DNA of 64,000 bases, taken from assembly GCF_040938485.1 (NCBI RefSeq), contig NW_027272455.1, forward strand, positions 1 through 64,000. Reading direction: 5' to 3'. The translations under genes were made by a program, and so were the position numbers. Below, in pieces: positions 37,735 through 51,313 of this stretch. How positions within the stretch are numbered: position 1 is the first letter of the stretch; each line of letters opens with the position of its first letter. The DNA comes from Diadema antillarum (lineage: Eukaryota). Below the pieces are notes generated by a model, which was given only the letters and a program-made list of their open reading frames with translations, was not told the origin of the DNA and did not search any database.

Positions 37735-38532
37735 AGGTAGGGGATACCTTTTACAGATCTCCCAAAATGCAGCAAAACATTAAATATGAACCTCAGGGGA
37801 CTTGTTTAGGCCACTGCTGAGAAATTTGGAAGTCAACAGTTATCTACAATTTGAATAATGCACAAAACTCAACTACTCAGTAGTTCTGTGTGTCAGCCAC
37901 ACTTAAGCCTTTTTGTTGCAGTCTTCTGTATTTTTTATCTATAAACACAAATCTAAAAGTATAAGAGCTGATGTAATAACATATAGAGTGTGTGGCAAGA
38001 ATGTATATATAAATGTTTGTAAGTTTTGATGAACTTTCTTCACAAAATATATACATGATGGACACACATGCAGTGCATGGGTCTGCAAAGCTAGCCTAGT
38101 AATGTACTGGAATTTACGGTGAGCCCCGAAAAAAATTCAATTCAAAATCTAACGGTCAATAAAAATGTACTAAATGTTACCTTCCACTTTCAATACTTTA
38201 TGGGAGTTTCTGAAATGATACTCTCTTCAACATACCACTGTATTTACACAACTCTTCATTTAAGGCATGCAAATGGGATTCCCTACCTTTAAAGGTAGGG
38301 AATCCCATTTGCATGCCTTAAATGAAGAATTGTATAAATACAGTGGTATGTTGAAGAGGGTTAAGTGTGGCTGACACACAGAACTACTGAGTAGTTGAGT
38401 TTTGTGCATTATTCAAATTGTAGATAACTGTTGACTTCCAAATTTCTAAGCAGTGGCCTAGGCAAGTCCCCTGAGGTTCATATTTAATGTTTTGCTGCAT
38501 TTTGGGAGGTCTGTAAAAGGTATCCCCTACCT
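37735..38532. mobile_element. Tail-to-tail dimer of Kolobok-like family G
   Basis: TTAA|AGGTAGGGGGATACC...GGGATTCCCTACCT|TTAA (38289-38292)|AGGTAGGGAATCCC...GGTATCCCCTACCT|TTAA. Confidence 0.88.
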
Positions 38533-38699
38533 TTAAGACTTGAGAAGCCATTAACTGATGTTGCCTCGACAGCTTCCACACAAAGGCTATTCCAAGAATG
38601 TACTGTTCTCTGGCTGAAAGGGTTTAACCTTTTACTAGTTCAACACCTTCCACTATATAATTTATAACTTATGACCACGTGTAATATGATCAGTGATAA

Positions 38700-38870
38700 C
38701 AACGAGAACAACTGGATCAAAGTCTTCCATATCATGCAAAATCTTGAACACTTGAATCATATCTGAATGTTCACATTGATACTCGACGGATGGAATCCCC
38801 AATCAGGCATGTTCAAATCCTTGTTTATACTCGTAGAAATGTTGCATTGCATGACAGTACAGGCTAGTAT
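38700..38870 (-). mobile_element. Decayed CR1 LINE RT C-terminal fragment
   Basis: LGIPSVEY...SDMIQVFKILHDMEDFD resembles CR1 LGLPSLEYRR..GDMIQVFKILHG. Confidence 0.65.
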
Positions 38871-39209
38871 ATTCAGGCCGTCATTCCAAAAGTAGGCATG
38901 TAATGTAGCATTCCAGCAAACCCTGTTGACTTACATCAAAAGTTGCTTCGAAAAATAGCTCGTTTGCGCATTTATCAGCACAGTCCATACATATGTAGCA
39001 TTCATGCATACTGCAGCTCAAAATTGCACTATAGTTTGTTATGAGGGAAGGAAAATTAACAATTTTATTCGATTATTTATTCTTATCAGATCATTCAAAA
39101 ATATGGGTTTACATTCATGTAAGTTGTAGATTTTTAAAATCTTTAGTATATATATTTGCATTTTTAATGCTTAATTAAAATGTATTATATAACGCCATAA
39201 AGAGATTCT

Positions 39210-39650
39210 TGTCATTTGATTGGTTGTTTGGCATTCATCATTTAGTCCCATTTCACTATGACATCATCATCCGTGCAAATGGGCTCCATTTACCGTGTAA
39301 TTTTGTATCCATATGATTTGCTCCATTGCACGTATGCCGAGAGCCTGGCACACTACGCGTGTTAAAAACGCTTGCGTTTGCAGTGTGTGTATGCGACAGC
39401 GCATTAGCAAAAAGCACTCAGTGAGCACTCTCGGAATCTCAGATTTAACATCAAATGACAAGGATCTATTTTAGACGTTACATTAAACAAATAATAAATG
39501 TTTTTCATTCGTGCAATGGACAGAATATTTCATGTGGTGAAAGATGAAATCTTTGTTCCATTCAACTCGGCTGCGCCTCATTGAATGGATCATTTCATCT
39601 TTCACCTCATGAAATATTCTGTCCATTGCACTCATAAACATTCATTATTT
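39210..39650 (+). mobile_element. Non-autonomous element with long 3' hairpin (Crypton-like)
   Basis: Starts near gattggttg. Hairpin of about 145 bp at 39497-39643 with loop CTCGGCTGCGCCTCA. No TIR or TSD seen. Confidence 0.55.
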
Positions 39651-41481
39651 GTATACTGTACCTTCTAGGCAAGTCAAGACGTACAGTGTATGTTTGCCTC
39701 AGAAGATCATACTGGCCCCACATGTTTGCTGTGATTTGAGTGTCAATTGCCACAGAAAACCCCTAGCCTTGTACACACTGTCCAAAGTACCTGGTACAGA
39801 AAGGGTTATAAAGAATCTCCATAGGTGTGCTTTCAAGTTGATTTTGATATGAAGTCAGTGCATTATGGCGATGAAATATTTAAAAAAAGGACAAAATCAA
39901 GAAAGCCGCTGGATTTTTCAACATATCTAAAGTTGTTAAACAGTAAAAAAGTGAACAGGAGAGTCTCAGTTTCATGAACAAACAATGTCGGAAATTGGGC
40001 AGGGCAATGCTCAGCACACAACCCATGTTATGTATCTAAGATGTACAACAAAGTCTTGAGTGTAGAATAGCTTTGTACTCTGGAGTAAGATACTGAAAAG
40101 GATACAAAGGACAGAAGAAAAGATTTGTGTAAATAATGGAAAACTTAAAAAAAAATACCATGACATCATTTGTTCATATGTAATCATGAACAATCACACT
40201 ATCAGTAAAGACATGAAAATGTGAATCTTACTTTTTCTTTGTTTTTCTGAAACCCAGTTCATTTAATTTATTCAATTTCACTGGTAGGTGAAAGTCAACT
40301 CATTGTGGAGTTGCAACTGATCAACAAATTGCCGTGCATCAATGTAAATAAACACCAGTTATTCAGCAATTGAGTAGTGGCCATGATATGTACCGGTACA
40401 TTTTATGCCCATTTTTTTTTTTTTCATCATGGCTACTACGCAAACACTGAATAATTGGTGTTTATTTACATTGCTGAAGGGTAAATTGACAATCAGTTGC
40501 AGTACAGACAACTCGATGGAAGAATTGTTGATTAGAGTAATTGTGGAGTGGTAATTCACTTTAACAAACATCCTCACTGTGGGGATGGAGCAGCTGTCAC
40601 TAATGGCAGATACTTGAGCAACAGTTCTGTAGAAGGAGGAATGTTTGTTTGCATTTTGATTTCCTGAGAGCCAAGATTCGCGAAATTAGAATGCACATGG
40701 AAGTTCTTACCTACACTACACTTGTATATGCATTGAATGCCAGTGGCAATTCACAAAAATTTCATATTGTGTTTTACAGTACTTGCCATGTGTGTAGTGG
40801 CAATGTATCTGGTTAAGCCACGTTGAAGTTACAATTTGTGGAAGTGGAATGACTTCAATATTCCCAGGTCATTGAAGAAGGTCCTCCCACCCCATATTTC
40901 AGTCTTCCACATTGATGCACCTCAGGTGTTTCAACTGCCAAGCTTCAGTGTTAGCACTTCAAAGTGACAATGTGTCACCACAAACTTTATGCACTTAATT
41001 GTTACATCCTTTGGTATGTGTTGTTTAAAAACTGCATGTGTAACTCCTCTCAGGGAGGTTTCACATGAACATGCAACAGCTATGATCTAATCTATTTTCT
41101 GTCAACTGTTTGGCAACCCCCATAGTTGAACAGGAAACTCTGCAGTAAGCGATGCATTTCTATTTATTTTGTTCTCCTTTACCAGTAATCCATTTCCTAG
41201 CACTGATAATTACACAATTTCAGTTTTGAGAACATTGTCACGCTTTAAGGGAACATAACGGATGAAAAGTAAATACAGACCATGTCTTTATTGGTCATGC
41301 AGAGGTCACAATTTTTAAGCAAATTTGTTGATAGTAATGGGCAAAATGTCTGCTAGTTATCTTGATATTATAGCTTGTATGAAAACTTCAGGGTTGTTGT
41401 TTTTTCCACAATATGATATGAAATTTGATTTCTTTTTGTTGTATCTATTTGACATCAAGATATCACCAGCCTGCAACCAAG

Positions 41482-41646
41482 ATGCCCATCAAAAAGATAT
41501 GCTGTATAGGGGCAGGGTACGTCGGAGGCCCGACCTGCTCCGTCATCGCCCTCAAGTGCCCCGAGGTTGTGGTCACGGTCGTCGATCTCAGCCAACATCG
41601 AATCGATGCTTGGAACTCTCCAGACTTCAAGTTGCCTATATATGAG
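41482..41646 (+). CDS. UGDH: UDP-glucose 6-dehydrogenase coding exon 1
   Basis: [23 protein letters not shown]...LPIYE contains the Rossmann GAGYVG motif; GAG|GTGAGT donor. Confidence 0.97.
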
Positions 41647-42232
41647 GTGAGTGGAACAGTTCAATGGAGTAAAAAAAAATTTGGTTTTGTTTTGTTGCTA
41701 GAAGTCTACTAGTTATTGTCTTTCCTTCTCTTAAGCTACAATGCTCGTTTTACAATAGTGTATACATCCCTAGGAATACAGTCATTGACGCTTTCTTAGA
41801 CAATTTCTGATGAACTAAATATAAGACATCAAAAACTGTAGAATATTACATTCAAAGTGAGCTCAGTTGCACAAAAATCTCAAAATACATCATTGGTATT
41901 GTGAAACTATTCATAGAATGACTGGTTATCAAAGGTAGCATAATAAATTCTGTAAGACTTTGATTATTTGGTCAAGTATAAATTTACATCACAAATGCAT
42001 AAAGGAAACTTGAAAGGTTATGCAATATATGCAATATTCATTACACTGTCTAGCTTAGGAAATACTTGCATTTCTGCACAGTGCACACAATAATTAGAAG
42101 TGTACTGACCTACATACAAACAGATATCTCCTACATCCCATCTGATCATCTCTACATACATGTGTATTTCCCAAAATCAACAGAATTATGTTTGTTTACC
42201 CCCTAATTATTTTGAATTTGACTTTTTTACAG

Positions 42233-42370
42233 CCCAGTCTTGAGGAGGTGGTGAGGGAATGCAGGGGTAGAAACCTGTTTTTCTCGACAGACATTAACCA
42301 AGCGATCCAAGAGGCTGACCTGATTTTCATCTCTGTGAATACACCGACAAAGACTTTTGGTCTCGGAAAG
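42233..42370 (+). CDS. UGDH: UGDH coding exon 2
   Basis: [20 protein letters not shown]...[14 protein letters not shown]; ttttacag acceptor and AAG|GTAAGA donor; 138 nt. Confidence 0.97.
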
Positions 42371-42664
42371 GTAAGACCAGCAGCATTCTTTTGTAACTCA
42401 TCAAGCCCTTGGGAAAATTGCAGTGCAGAAATTATCCACTTGTCAGCATTTAACTGTTGCCACTGCACATCTCATAATTGAAGGGATTGTAGAAATGATG
42501 GAATTCTAGTGAGCATTAAGTCCCGAAAGATCAATGCTTCACAGATATTTGCCAATTTGAGTCAGAAACAGGAATCTTAACTTTCTGAGACGTGTTCCCA
42601 ATTTATGACTCAGCTTTGAATTCAGAAGTTATGTTGCATTTAAAATTTCCTGTAATCGAAATAA

Positions 42665-43250
42665 GCAATTATACATGATGTATTATCATCTATATGGGAC
42701 TTTTTAGCGGCGCATTAAAAACGCGTATTGCAGTCCGCTCAATTTTTACCGTTCAATATCAGAGCATATTGAACGAAACGCATAGGCCAACGTATTAATT
42801 CTCCATAGGCTACCGTTGATACTTGCCGTTCAAGATCACACCGTATTCAATTCTGTCTCATCTATTGCGCGAGCGCTTGCTGAATGCGCAAACGCTTGCT
42901 ACAATGTACTAGTGCGCGTCATTTTGTTACAATTCACAAGCGCGCAGACATCTTGCTAGTTGTTTGTTTCATACGCAGTTTTAGGGGCTTCCCCTTTTCC
43001 GCGCTGGGATGTGACTGCCGAGTCAACTTCCAAGACGAGTAGAAGCCGGATAATTTTGTGCAGTTTATGCTTGCTCTGCTTGATTGTATAGATGATAATA
43101 ATTATATTGGATGGTCTTGATTCATGGATTACCAGGGAATATTGCACTCGTTAGGGTCAATATCGCACTCATCTTCGATTCGTGCAATATTGGCCTTAAC
43201 TCGTGCAATATTCCCTGGTATCCCATTCATAGCCATCCAATATAATATAA
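42665..43250 (+). mobile_element. Second non-autonomous element with long 3' hairpin (Crypton-like)
   Basis: CpG-rich body, then hairpin at 43101-43246 with loop CTCATCTTCGATTCG. Confidence 0.55.
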
Positions 43251-46200
43251 TTATCAAACACTAATAGAGAATTGTTAAATCATGATAAAAATAAACGGTG
43301 CTCACCAAACCACTGACTGGTACGTGTATGTGGTTTCTGATAAAATAGCCGTAGATTTTAGACCATGTGGAATTATGAACTAATAGCAGGATCTTTTATC
43401 ATGCTTGTAATAGATAAGTTTCCATGTTTTGTATATTGCACTAATCAAGTGCTATACGTGGTACAGCATTTTCATTTCTTCAGTTAGTTTGAGTGTGCAC
43501 ATGGAGTTTAAAAAGTGAATATTTTCTCTTAACCTCTTATCTTGCTAGAGATAAAAGCTAAAGGTTCATTGAGTAATATCACTTTGTTGGAGTGTCCTTT
43601 CTTTTTTTAGAATTTAATTAAACATCTGAATATTATGTAAAGATATACCATACTCTTTGTATGAAGATATTTAGATAATACAGGCACAGAGTATGTTTTG
43701 AGTGCATCACACATCATTTTTTCCCCCCTGGTATGGAGATAAACAAGCTGTTTATTGTATATTTAAAGATTGAGTGATCAGTTGAGGTGAGGGAGGGAAA
43801 TGAGGGAGAGGAAAAGGGGAAAAAAGTGAGGCGATAGCAGCTATATGATATTTTCTTGTTACATTTTACTCATTTTAACACCATAATTGTGATCTTGAAA
43901 ACAGATTGATATGTTATACAGACAAATATAATCTCTCAAGTACATTTCCAATACATACAGATGTATATTTCATGTAGAGATTCAGAAATGTAATGCCCCA
44001 ACCCCCATTCCCCACATGCATTTCGGTCAACATCTCTGTTGATATTTACTAGATGAGAGAGCTCAATAAACACTTGACTCAGTTCAGTTTGCAAAGTTCG
44101 AGAGACCTCTTTTATATACCATTGAAACATACTCTTCAACTGGTAAACAGATACTGTACATGTATGTCCAAGAGCCAGTGTAAGAGTACCACCATTTCTC
44201 ACAAAAAGTTGTCTTGGACCAAAAATACAATACAAAACAAAACAAAACAAATTATCATATGTTTTGGGGATGCTGCTCAGTTAAATGATTTTTGTACCAG
44301 CTCACGTCTAAAACAAATGACTTATACCAGCACAGTTTGAGTGAAGAAATATGATAAACGTCTGCTTTTTTGCTGAAAGTCATGCTATGTTTATTCTTGC
44401 TACTTCTTTGTATTTGATTGAAAAGTGCAGTGGGCATTATAAAATGTCAGTTCCATACACCTGGTGTAAACTTATACTTTTTGCCAATACTGATAATGCT
44501 TTGCCTCATGCATGTGTCTTATAGAAGAATCAAGTGTAGTTACATTTGTATGAGAGGAAAATGATCCAGAAGCAGTATGACATTGTTTTATATTCCAGTG
44601 TCCGTAGAGAGCAAAAAACAAGCAAATAAACAAACAAACAACAAGCAAACAACCCCCCCAAAAACAAACATTACAAACAAACAAACAAACAAAAACCAGA
44701 TCTTAATAACAACTTCTCTAATGTGTGGTCAATGCAGGATGTGGTAATCATGCAGTATTTGCTGAATTACTGCGCAGATGTTAGAAGTGTGTATTCCTGC
44801 ACACACACAAAAAAAATCAAGCACCACCATGAAGAAAGAAAAACAAAAGTGTGGACACATCATTGCAGTCAGATGAATGAGAATATGAATTGGAAGTTAA
44901 ATGTGAAGATTGACAAAATAATGATGCATTCCTTCATGATCATTTCCTGGAAACAAACTTTCAAGTACCATTTCATACTAAGACATTTGTACACAAATTT
45001 ATTTTGTTAATGATGTTGATAGTAGTCCTCTCTGATTTCTTCTTTAATCTGTTGGCTGCATTTTCAACTTGCAAGTGGCATTTTGTGGCCTGTCCGTTTG
45101 TTCATTGGAAATGAAACCTCCAAATTTGTAGTTCAGAGGGTCCAGTTACAGCTTGCAGTCATACCCCTTTCAGGAAATGTTTGCTCAGACACAGAAAATC
45201 TTATCTAAACTGCAAATAACTTCCTTTGACATGCATACCAAGACAAGTCAATATTGTGTGAAGGCCGTGATAAAATTATTTGCTCAGGAACTGCCATGGT
45301 AGGGGGATATCTGAAGTGTTGATGGCAAATAGCCTCATGTGACGTCATAAAGAAGAAAGCAAGAAGAAGATCAGTGGCAGGGAGTGAGGGTTGGGGGCGA
45401 GATCGTCAAGTTAGTACACGAAGTGCCCTGTATTGAAAGGTCAAGTTTCATTCGTGAAACTGATGTTTGTAGCTCTGTCTTCCTATCTTTTGTGTGTATG
45501 ATGCCTCCCTGCACATGTCGATATTAGACTAGCTGACAAACATCTTTATATTTTTAACAGGTTTTCACACCATAATGTGAGGAACCTCCTATATTTCCTT
45601 CATATCCTTGTAGGCATTGGATTCTTTCATTGTATGAAAATTGAAGTAGGTTTGTGAAATAATGTCAATTTTGAGGTGAGTGCCAGATCTGTTGAAAAAA
45701 GCCAGAAGAGCTTTTTCAGTCACACGGGAATCAATGCTTGATTAACGAAGGAATGGCAAATAACAAACACTTCGGTGATTCTGCACCCCCAATCAATATC
45801 GAATGGCTGTAAATGCTGTTTGTTGCAGACAAATAAATCAGCTGGTCATTGTTTACTTATAGGACATTTCCAGGCAGTATTTACACACTGCATCAAATGG
45901 CAAGTGGAAAAAGGAGGCGGTATGTTTGTGAGTTGCTTGTATGAAGAATAATTGGACTTACAGAATTCACAATTTAACAAATGAAAATGTCAGCAAAATA
46001 TATTGCATTGGCACTAGTGTGTGATGCACACACCTGTATACTGTAGAAAGTGAAATAATTGTATGCAAAATCTATGAGAAGAACAAATTACAGTTTCTGA
46101 GTAAGGAAGTTTTACTTGAAGTAGCATCATATTTGTCAATTTGTTCTGTATGTACAGACTGAAAGAACAACTTAAAAGTACCTTTGACAAGACTGCCTTT

Positions 46201-46861
46201 CCATTCCACTGCAGTCATTTATTTGACTGAATGTGATGAGGTCCAACCAAATATCAACTACAATGTAAGCATGATTTAAAATACTTGCAATACTGCAATT
46301 TTTGTGTTCATGGAGTAATCTTGTTTATTGATTTTCTTTTTAAATGAATAGAACTGCTCATGTCAGTTGCATTGCTTCCCACAAACTCAGTTAACACTGA
46401 ACAGCTGCTGCTGAGTTTTCGTTTGCTACTTTATTTCCTACTGATATCTGCCAATCTCTGATTATGAATCAACGTGACCTGCAAAATGTGTCACTTTGTT
46501 CGAGTGCAGTGCTTTTGGCATTGTCTTTGGCCAGCTGTAGTGGGTTTTGTATACTAATACAATAAAACAGTTGGTTACCATCACCAACCTTTTCCCACTG
46601 ACTCATGCATTGTATGTCTGTCTTCTCTTGGTATAATATGTATCATCAGTTGCAATTTATGCTGAAGAGAAGGTGTGAGGGTTTCTACTGAGCAGACAGC
46701 TGATGATTTATTCGTAGGAATGGAGGAACCATGGGTATTATTTCAGGAGGAATTTGACTATTCGCTTCAGAGAGTGTCATAGTCCTGATGTTATGAGAAC
46801 ATGAATTGAAAAAGGAAAGATGCTATTGTTTCCTGCTGTTCAATCAGATCAGTGTACAGTA

Positions 46862-47073
46862 CTGTAAAAGTGGATATTTTCGCGCGACTAATTTTTCGCG
46901 CTTGGCCGGGCAAGAAGAGATTCGCGTGTTTTTAATTCTGCGGAATCAAGCCACCATGCACAGGAACATACGGCAAGCAAAATTTATACTCGCGTGCTCT
47001 TATTTTCGCGCTAGTTTCTGGTTGCGCGAAATGCGCGAAAATTTCAACACCGCGAAAATTTCCACTTTTACAG
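46862..47073. mobile_element. TA-flanked Tc1/pogo-type MITE
   Basis: TA|CTGTAAAAGTGGATATTTTCGCG...CGCGAAAATTTCCACTTTTACAG|TA; ends about 65 nt upstream of UGDH exon 3. Confidence 0.88.
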
Positions 47074-47138
47074 TATTACCCACATTCTGCTTGTTTAGGA
47101 ATTCGGCAATTAAAATTTTTCTTTCTTTTTTCTCACAG

Positions 47139-47303
47139 GGTAGGGCGGCCGATCTCAAGTACATTGAGGCTGCAGCGAGACACATCGCGGATGTGGCCTC
47201 CTCTGATAAGATTGTTGTTGAGAAGAGTACAGTGCCGGTCAAAGCCGCGCAGAGTATACAGCGAATACTCACAGCAAACACCAGACCAGGATGCAGATTT
47301 GAG
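47139..47303 (+). CDS. UGDH: UGDH coding exon 3
   Basis: [14 protein letters not shown]...[13 protein letters not shown]...RFE includes the Thr-loop EKSTVPV; AG/GT boundaries; 165 nt. Confidence 0.97.
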
Positions 47304-48781
47304 GTATCCCCATCACATATTGCATCTTTTATTTGTTTTAATTTGAACTGTGTGTAGATGTCTGTTTATGCTTGGTACGTTATGAACATACCCATACCTC
47401 TTGCTCATTCCATTTATGTGCTAAATCATACCAATTTAATCCAAGAAAATGAGTGCCCAGTTTTGTTTCTTTTTATTTTTCTTTTTGAAGTTTCACCATG
47501 TTTTGTGATTTTTCGTCTTTGTTACTAGTGTTGCTTTCATTTAAGAGGGTACTTTAACCTAATTTATCACTATCAAGTACACACAGCTGCCTGCACTGAT
47601 GCTGTGATCTGTGACTTTCCTATAAACCACATTTCCTCTTTCTATCAATTGGTGATTAAGTTTGTGAACATTCCTGTCAGAGTAAACAGATTGTTTACAT
47701 TGTGAGAGATGTGTCAATGTGGAAGCCATTAACAAGATGCCGTAAGCGTCACTGTAGCAGCTTTATTTTGTAGTGTCTCATTTGGAAACACATAAGCATA
47801 AAGTCAACAAAGGTAGCTGAAATGATATCCATGGTTTCAATTTAGTTTGGACGAAGAATTAGAATGACTGCAAAATAAGTGTACCTTGCATGCTTCAGTT
47901 CGCTTTCCTTTGTGTAACATTCATGTCTTACTTGTATGAACACTGGCAAGATTCTCATAATCTATGAATTAAATTCAACTAACTCTGTGAAAAAAAGATA
48001 ATAAATTTCCTTGTTTGCTAAACATTAACGAGATTACTAACTACAGTATGTATTGACAGTTAATTTATGAATACTGATAATATAATGTCCTTTCTTTCTG
48101 TGGTTACAACAAGTTTCGGTGCTATTTGTATATTTGTTTTATAGTTAACTATACTGGATTGATTTTGTTTTTGCATTTCTTTTTCATACATAAATGTGTT
48201 GGTTGAACAAAGTTATAAAGTATTGTTTAAATCTAATTGTGGAAACAGGCAATGTGTATTTAAATATATGACATTATTCCATGATAATACAAAAAGAAAA
48301 TGAGCAGGTTTATTTTTTGCATATTTATGCAAATGTGAGAATTACATGTACCTGCCATTCAAAAGACAAATTAAGCTATTCTAGATATAACAGAATCATT
48401 TATAAGCAAATGCTTGACAAATATAATGGTTTCAGCATTAGTTGCCATACAACATGACAAATTAAAGGGATAGTCAAGTTGCTTTGATAGACAACTGAGT
48501 CAATCCTTTGTTTGTGTGTGTAGACCTCCATTCAAGTCTACTGCCTAAAGCTGTGTACTGTATTTAATCTATTTAAAAGCCACTCTGTAAGGTTGATGTC
48601 GCCGCAAAATTTCAGTGAAACTGCCTTTAAACCATCAGTTGCCAAGTTATGATATGTTTTATACTGAATGGACAGAGAAAGAAAATGTAAATGGAGTGTA
48701 ATCTTCAAAACAAAATTCACAGGACTTCATTTAGATACATTAGTATGTACCAACGAGATAAGGCACACAGATATCACATCA

Positions 48782-48842
48782 GATAATGATAATGATAATG
48801 ATAATGATAATGATAATGATAATGATAATGATAATGATAATG

Positions 48843-48874
<32 letters not shown>

Positions 48875-48888
48875 GATAATAATGATAA
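48782..48888. repeat. (GATAAT)n microsatellite
   Basis: Directly visible; source of the DNDNDN and poly-I pseudo-ORFs. Confidence 0.95.
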
Positions 48889-49940
48889 ACCATATTGGTG
48901 TATCACATACTGCAAAATACAGATAAAGATAAATAACAAATATATCATTAATGTTTATATGCACATTGAAGAAGGAGTGAGGAATGTCATCTATGAAGGT
49001 GTTGTCAATACACAAAGACAGAAAAAGTGTTCAATACCTGCACACACGATATTTGATATTTAAAAGTTCATGTGATAGTGGCCAGAATATGAAGTATTAT
49101 CATCTTGTTTCTTGTGATCTTAAACTGCTCAGAGTACATGTATTATACAGTACTTCTAAGCCCTTATGATGCTTGTTTGACAATATGAAACTTTTATGAT
49201 GTGACTGTCGTGTCACAAAGTCGACAAGTAGAGTAACTCGGCGCCAAGAAATTAGTCATCACTGGCCTAGTAGTTGATATTCAGATGGGTGTATGCACAA
49301 CCAGGCACAGGAAATGGGGGGGGGGGGGGGGGCAGTTTCTACAGGGGGAACAGGGCTAACCATTGTAAGTCTGTGTCAATGGTATGCTTAGGTGCTTGTA
49401 CACGTAGGTGTAAAATAGGTCATAGCATAGTGTACAACTAGGTTTCTGGAACACATCATCACTTTAATACTACACAGCTCCCGTATGTGCAAAATGGCCA
49501 TGTGTTTATTATTGGTTTAAGAACAGTAATTCAGCCAATGTGTCATGGCAGCAAGACAGCTGAAGCTATGATTGGCTTTTTTTGTTGGTGGTCGTGTGGT
49601 TCTTTTTATTTTAATCCTGCAAGTTGCCTTTGAGGCTATATTTAGTTGTTAGTGAGAATAGTGAAAATCAGACAGTTGACACTAGATTAAACTTTGTTAC
49701 AGGGGTGGGGAGAGGAGGGTGGAAGAACCATCAGGCAAATCTTAATGTGGCTCTGTTTTGAGGGCAATGTGAAAGCTTATAAAAGGTTACAATTTGTTAT
49801 ACATGTAGTTTAAATGCTACAGAACTTTTGCATGTAAAAACATTTTTACATCAAAATGTTTAAAATGCAGAAATATAGTTAGTGTTCGATTTCATCCCGG
49901 GGGAACTTTGACACACAAAAATTAGATGAACAGATAGAAA

Positions 49941-50117
49941 NNNNNNNNNNNNNNNNNNNNNNNNNNNNNNNNNNNNNNNNNNNNNNNNNNNNNNNNNNNN
50001 NNNNNNNNNNNNNNNNNNNNNNNNNNNNNNNNNNNNNNNNNNNNNNNNNNNNNNNNNNNNNNNNNNNNNNNNNNNNNNNNNNNNNNNNNNNNNNNNNNNN
50101 NNNNNNNNNNNNNNNNN
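49941..50117. other. Assembly gap
   Basis: Run of N. Confidence 1.
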
Positions 50118-50212
50118 AGTGAAGATCAGCACACATTTATTTCTTGCAGATCAAGTGTCATACAGACTTTGAGCACAGAGTGGCATCTGACATCTTCCTA
50201 TTTGAATCCCAG

Positions 50213-50410
50213 GTATTATCCAACCCAGAGTTCCTGGCAGAGGGCTCAGCCATCAAGGACCTGCTGAATCCAGACCGAGTGCTGATCGGCGGAGAGACCA
50301 CACACAGTGGGGGAAAAGCCATCGAAGAGCTGGCCTGGATTTACCAGCACTGGGTGGCCGAGGATCATATCATCAAGACAAACACATGGTCATCAGAACT
50401 GTCGAAGCTA
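50213..50410 (+). CDS. UGDH: UGDH coding exon 4
   Basis: [11 protein letters not shown]...[10 protein letters not shown] contains the catalytic Glu and Lys motifs; 198 nt. Confidence 0.97.
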
Positions 50411-51313
50411 GTGAGCATACACTATGATATACACTGTATTATTCATGAGAATAATACTGTAAAAACCAAATATTTTTGTACACACGGAACCTTCACAAAT
50501 TTCTTGAGGAGCCAAGCAAATGTGTTTTTGAAATTACAGTGTTCAATTTTCTCTTTTTTTCCAAAATTAGATTCAGCATGCTTGCTATGTGCAGTTCTTC
50601 AGTTTATTGAAAATATGTATTTTACTATGCATCATTTTGGGGTTTTTTTTTTCTGATTTGTAGATTATGATAGTCCAGTGTCTGTTTATTTTCCACCAAA
50701 CTTTCAGATATCTTGTGCTTGTGATAGCCTTATTTAAAGACAAGTCATTTTCTTATGAAAATTGTGCTGTGCTTTGTGTCCACACACCACTTCCAATTTT
50801 GATGACAATTCTTGCGATGGAAACCTGCAGCGTGTAGTGAAAGCAACAACATTATCATCACACTTCGAACCTGATACTACATGTATAGGCCTAAATGAGG
50901 ATAAATGTTTCAATGCTTATTATCCTGCTTGACAACAGCTTCTGTCTGAAATAATGTGTATATTAATGTTTGCAGTGTCTAGATTTTATATATATAATCA
51001 GAGATGCCAACTGTTTCTTGTTGGCAGTGAACCTATGTACTTTTTTTCCAAAAAGGCTGCAGGTTTCATGACAAATATTGTTTTCTTCCAAATTGCATTA
51101 CTATGTATGTCAGTTGTAAAGTAAAGTAAAGAAAGGTAAAAACACTGTACTTCCACCCCCCCCCCCAAAAAAAAGAAAGAAAGAAGAAGCAGAGATGCCT
51201 TTTCAGCCTTCAGAGAACTTCAATATTGTACAATCTGGTTAGCATCCTTGTATGATGTATCACAAAGGAGCTTCTTGTAATGAACCCTTTCAAATTGTAT
51301 TCAACTTCCCCAG

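Noticed and set aside
40380-40990. Possible further decayed L2/CR1 fragments on the minus strand
   Set aside because: Only faint motif resemblance across several frameshifts; too weak to call.
48668-49063. ORFs with DNDNDN, poly-I or poly-LS tracts (also 24581-24823)
   Set aside because: Translations of microsatellites.
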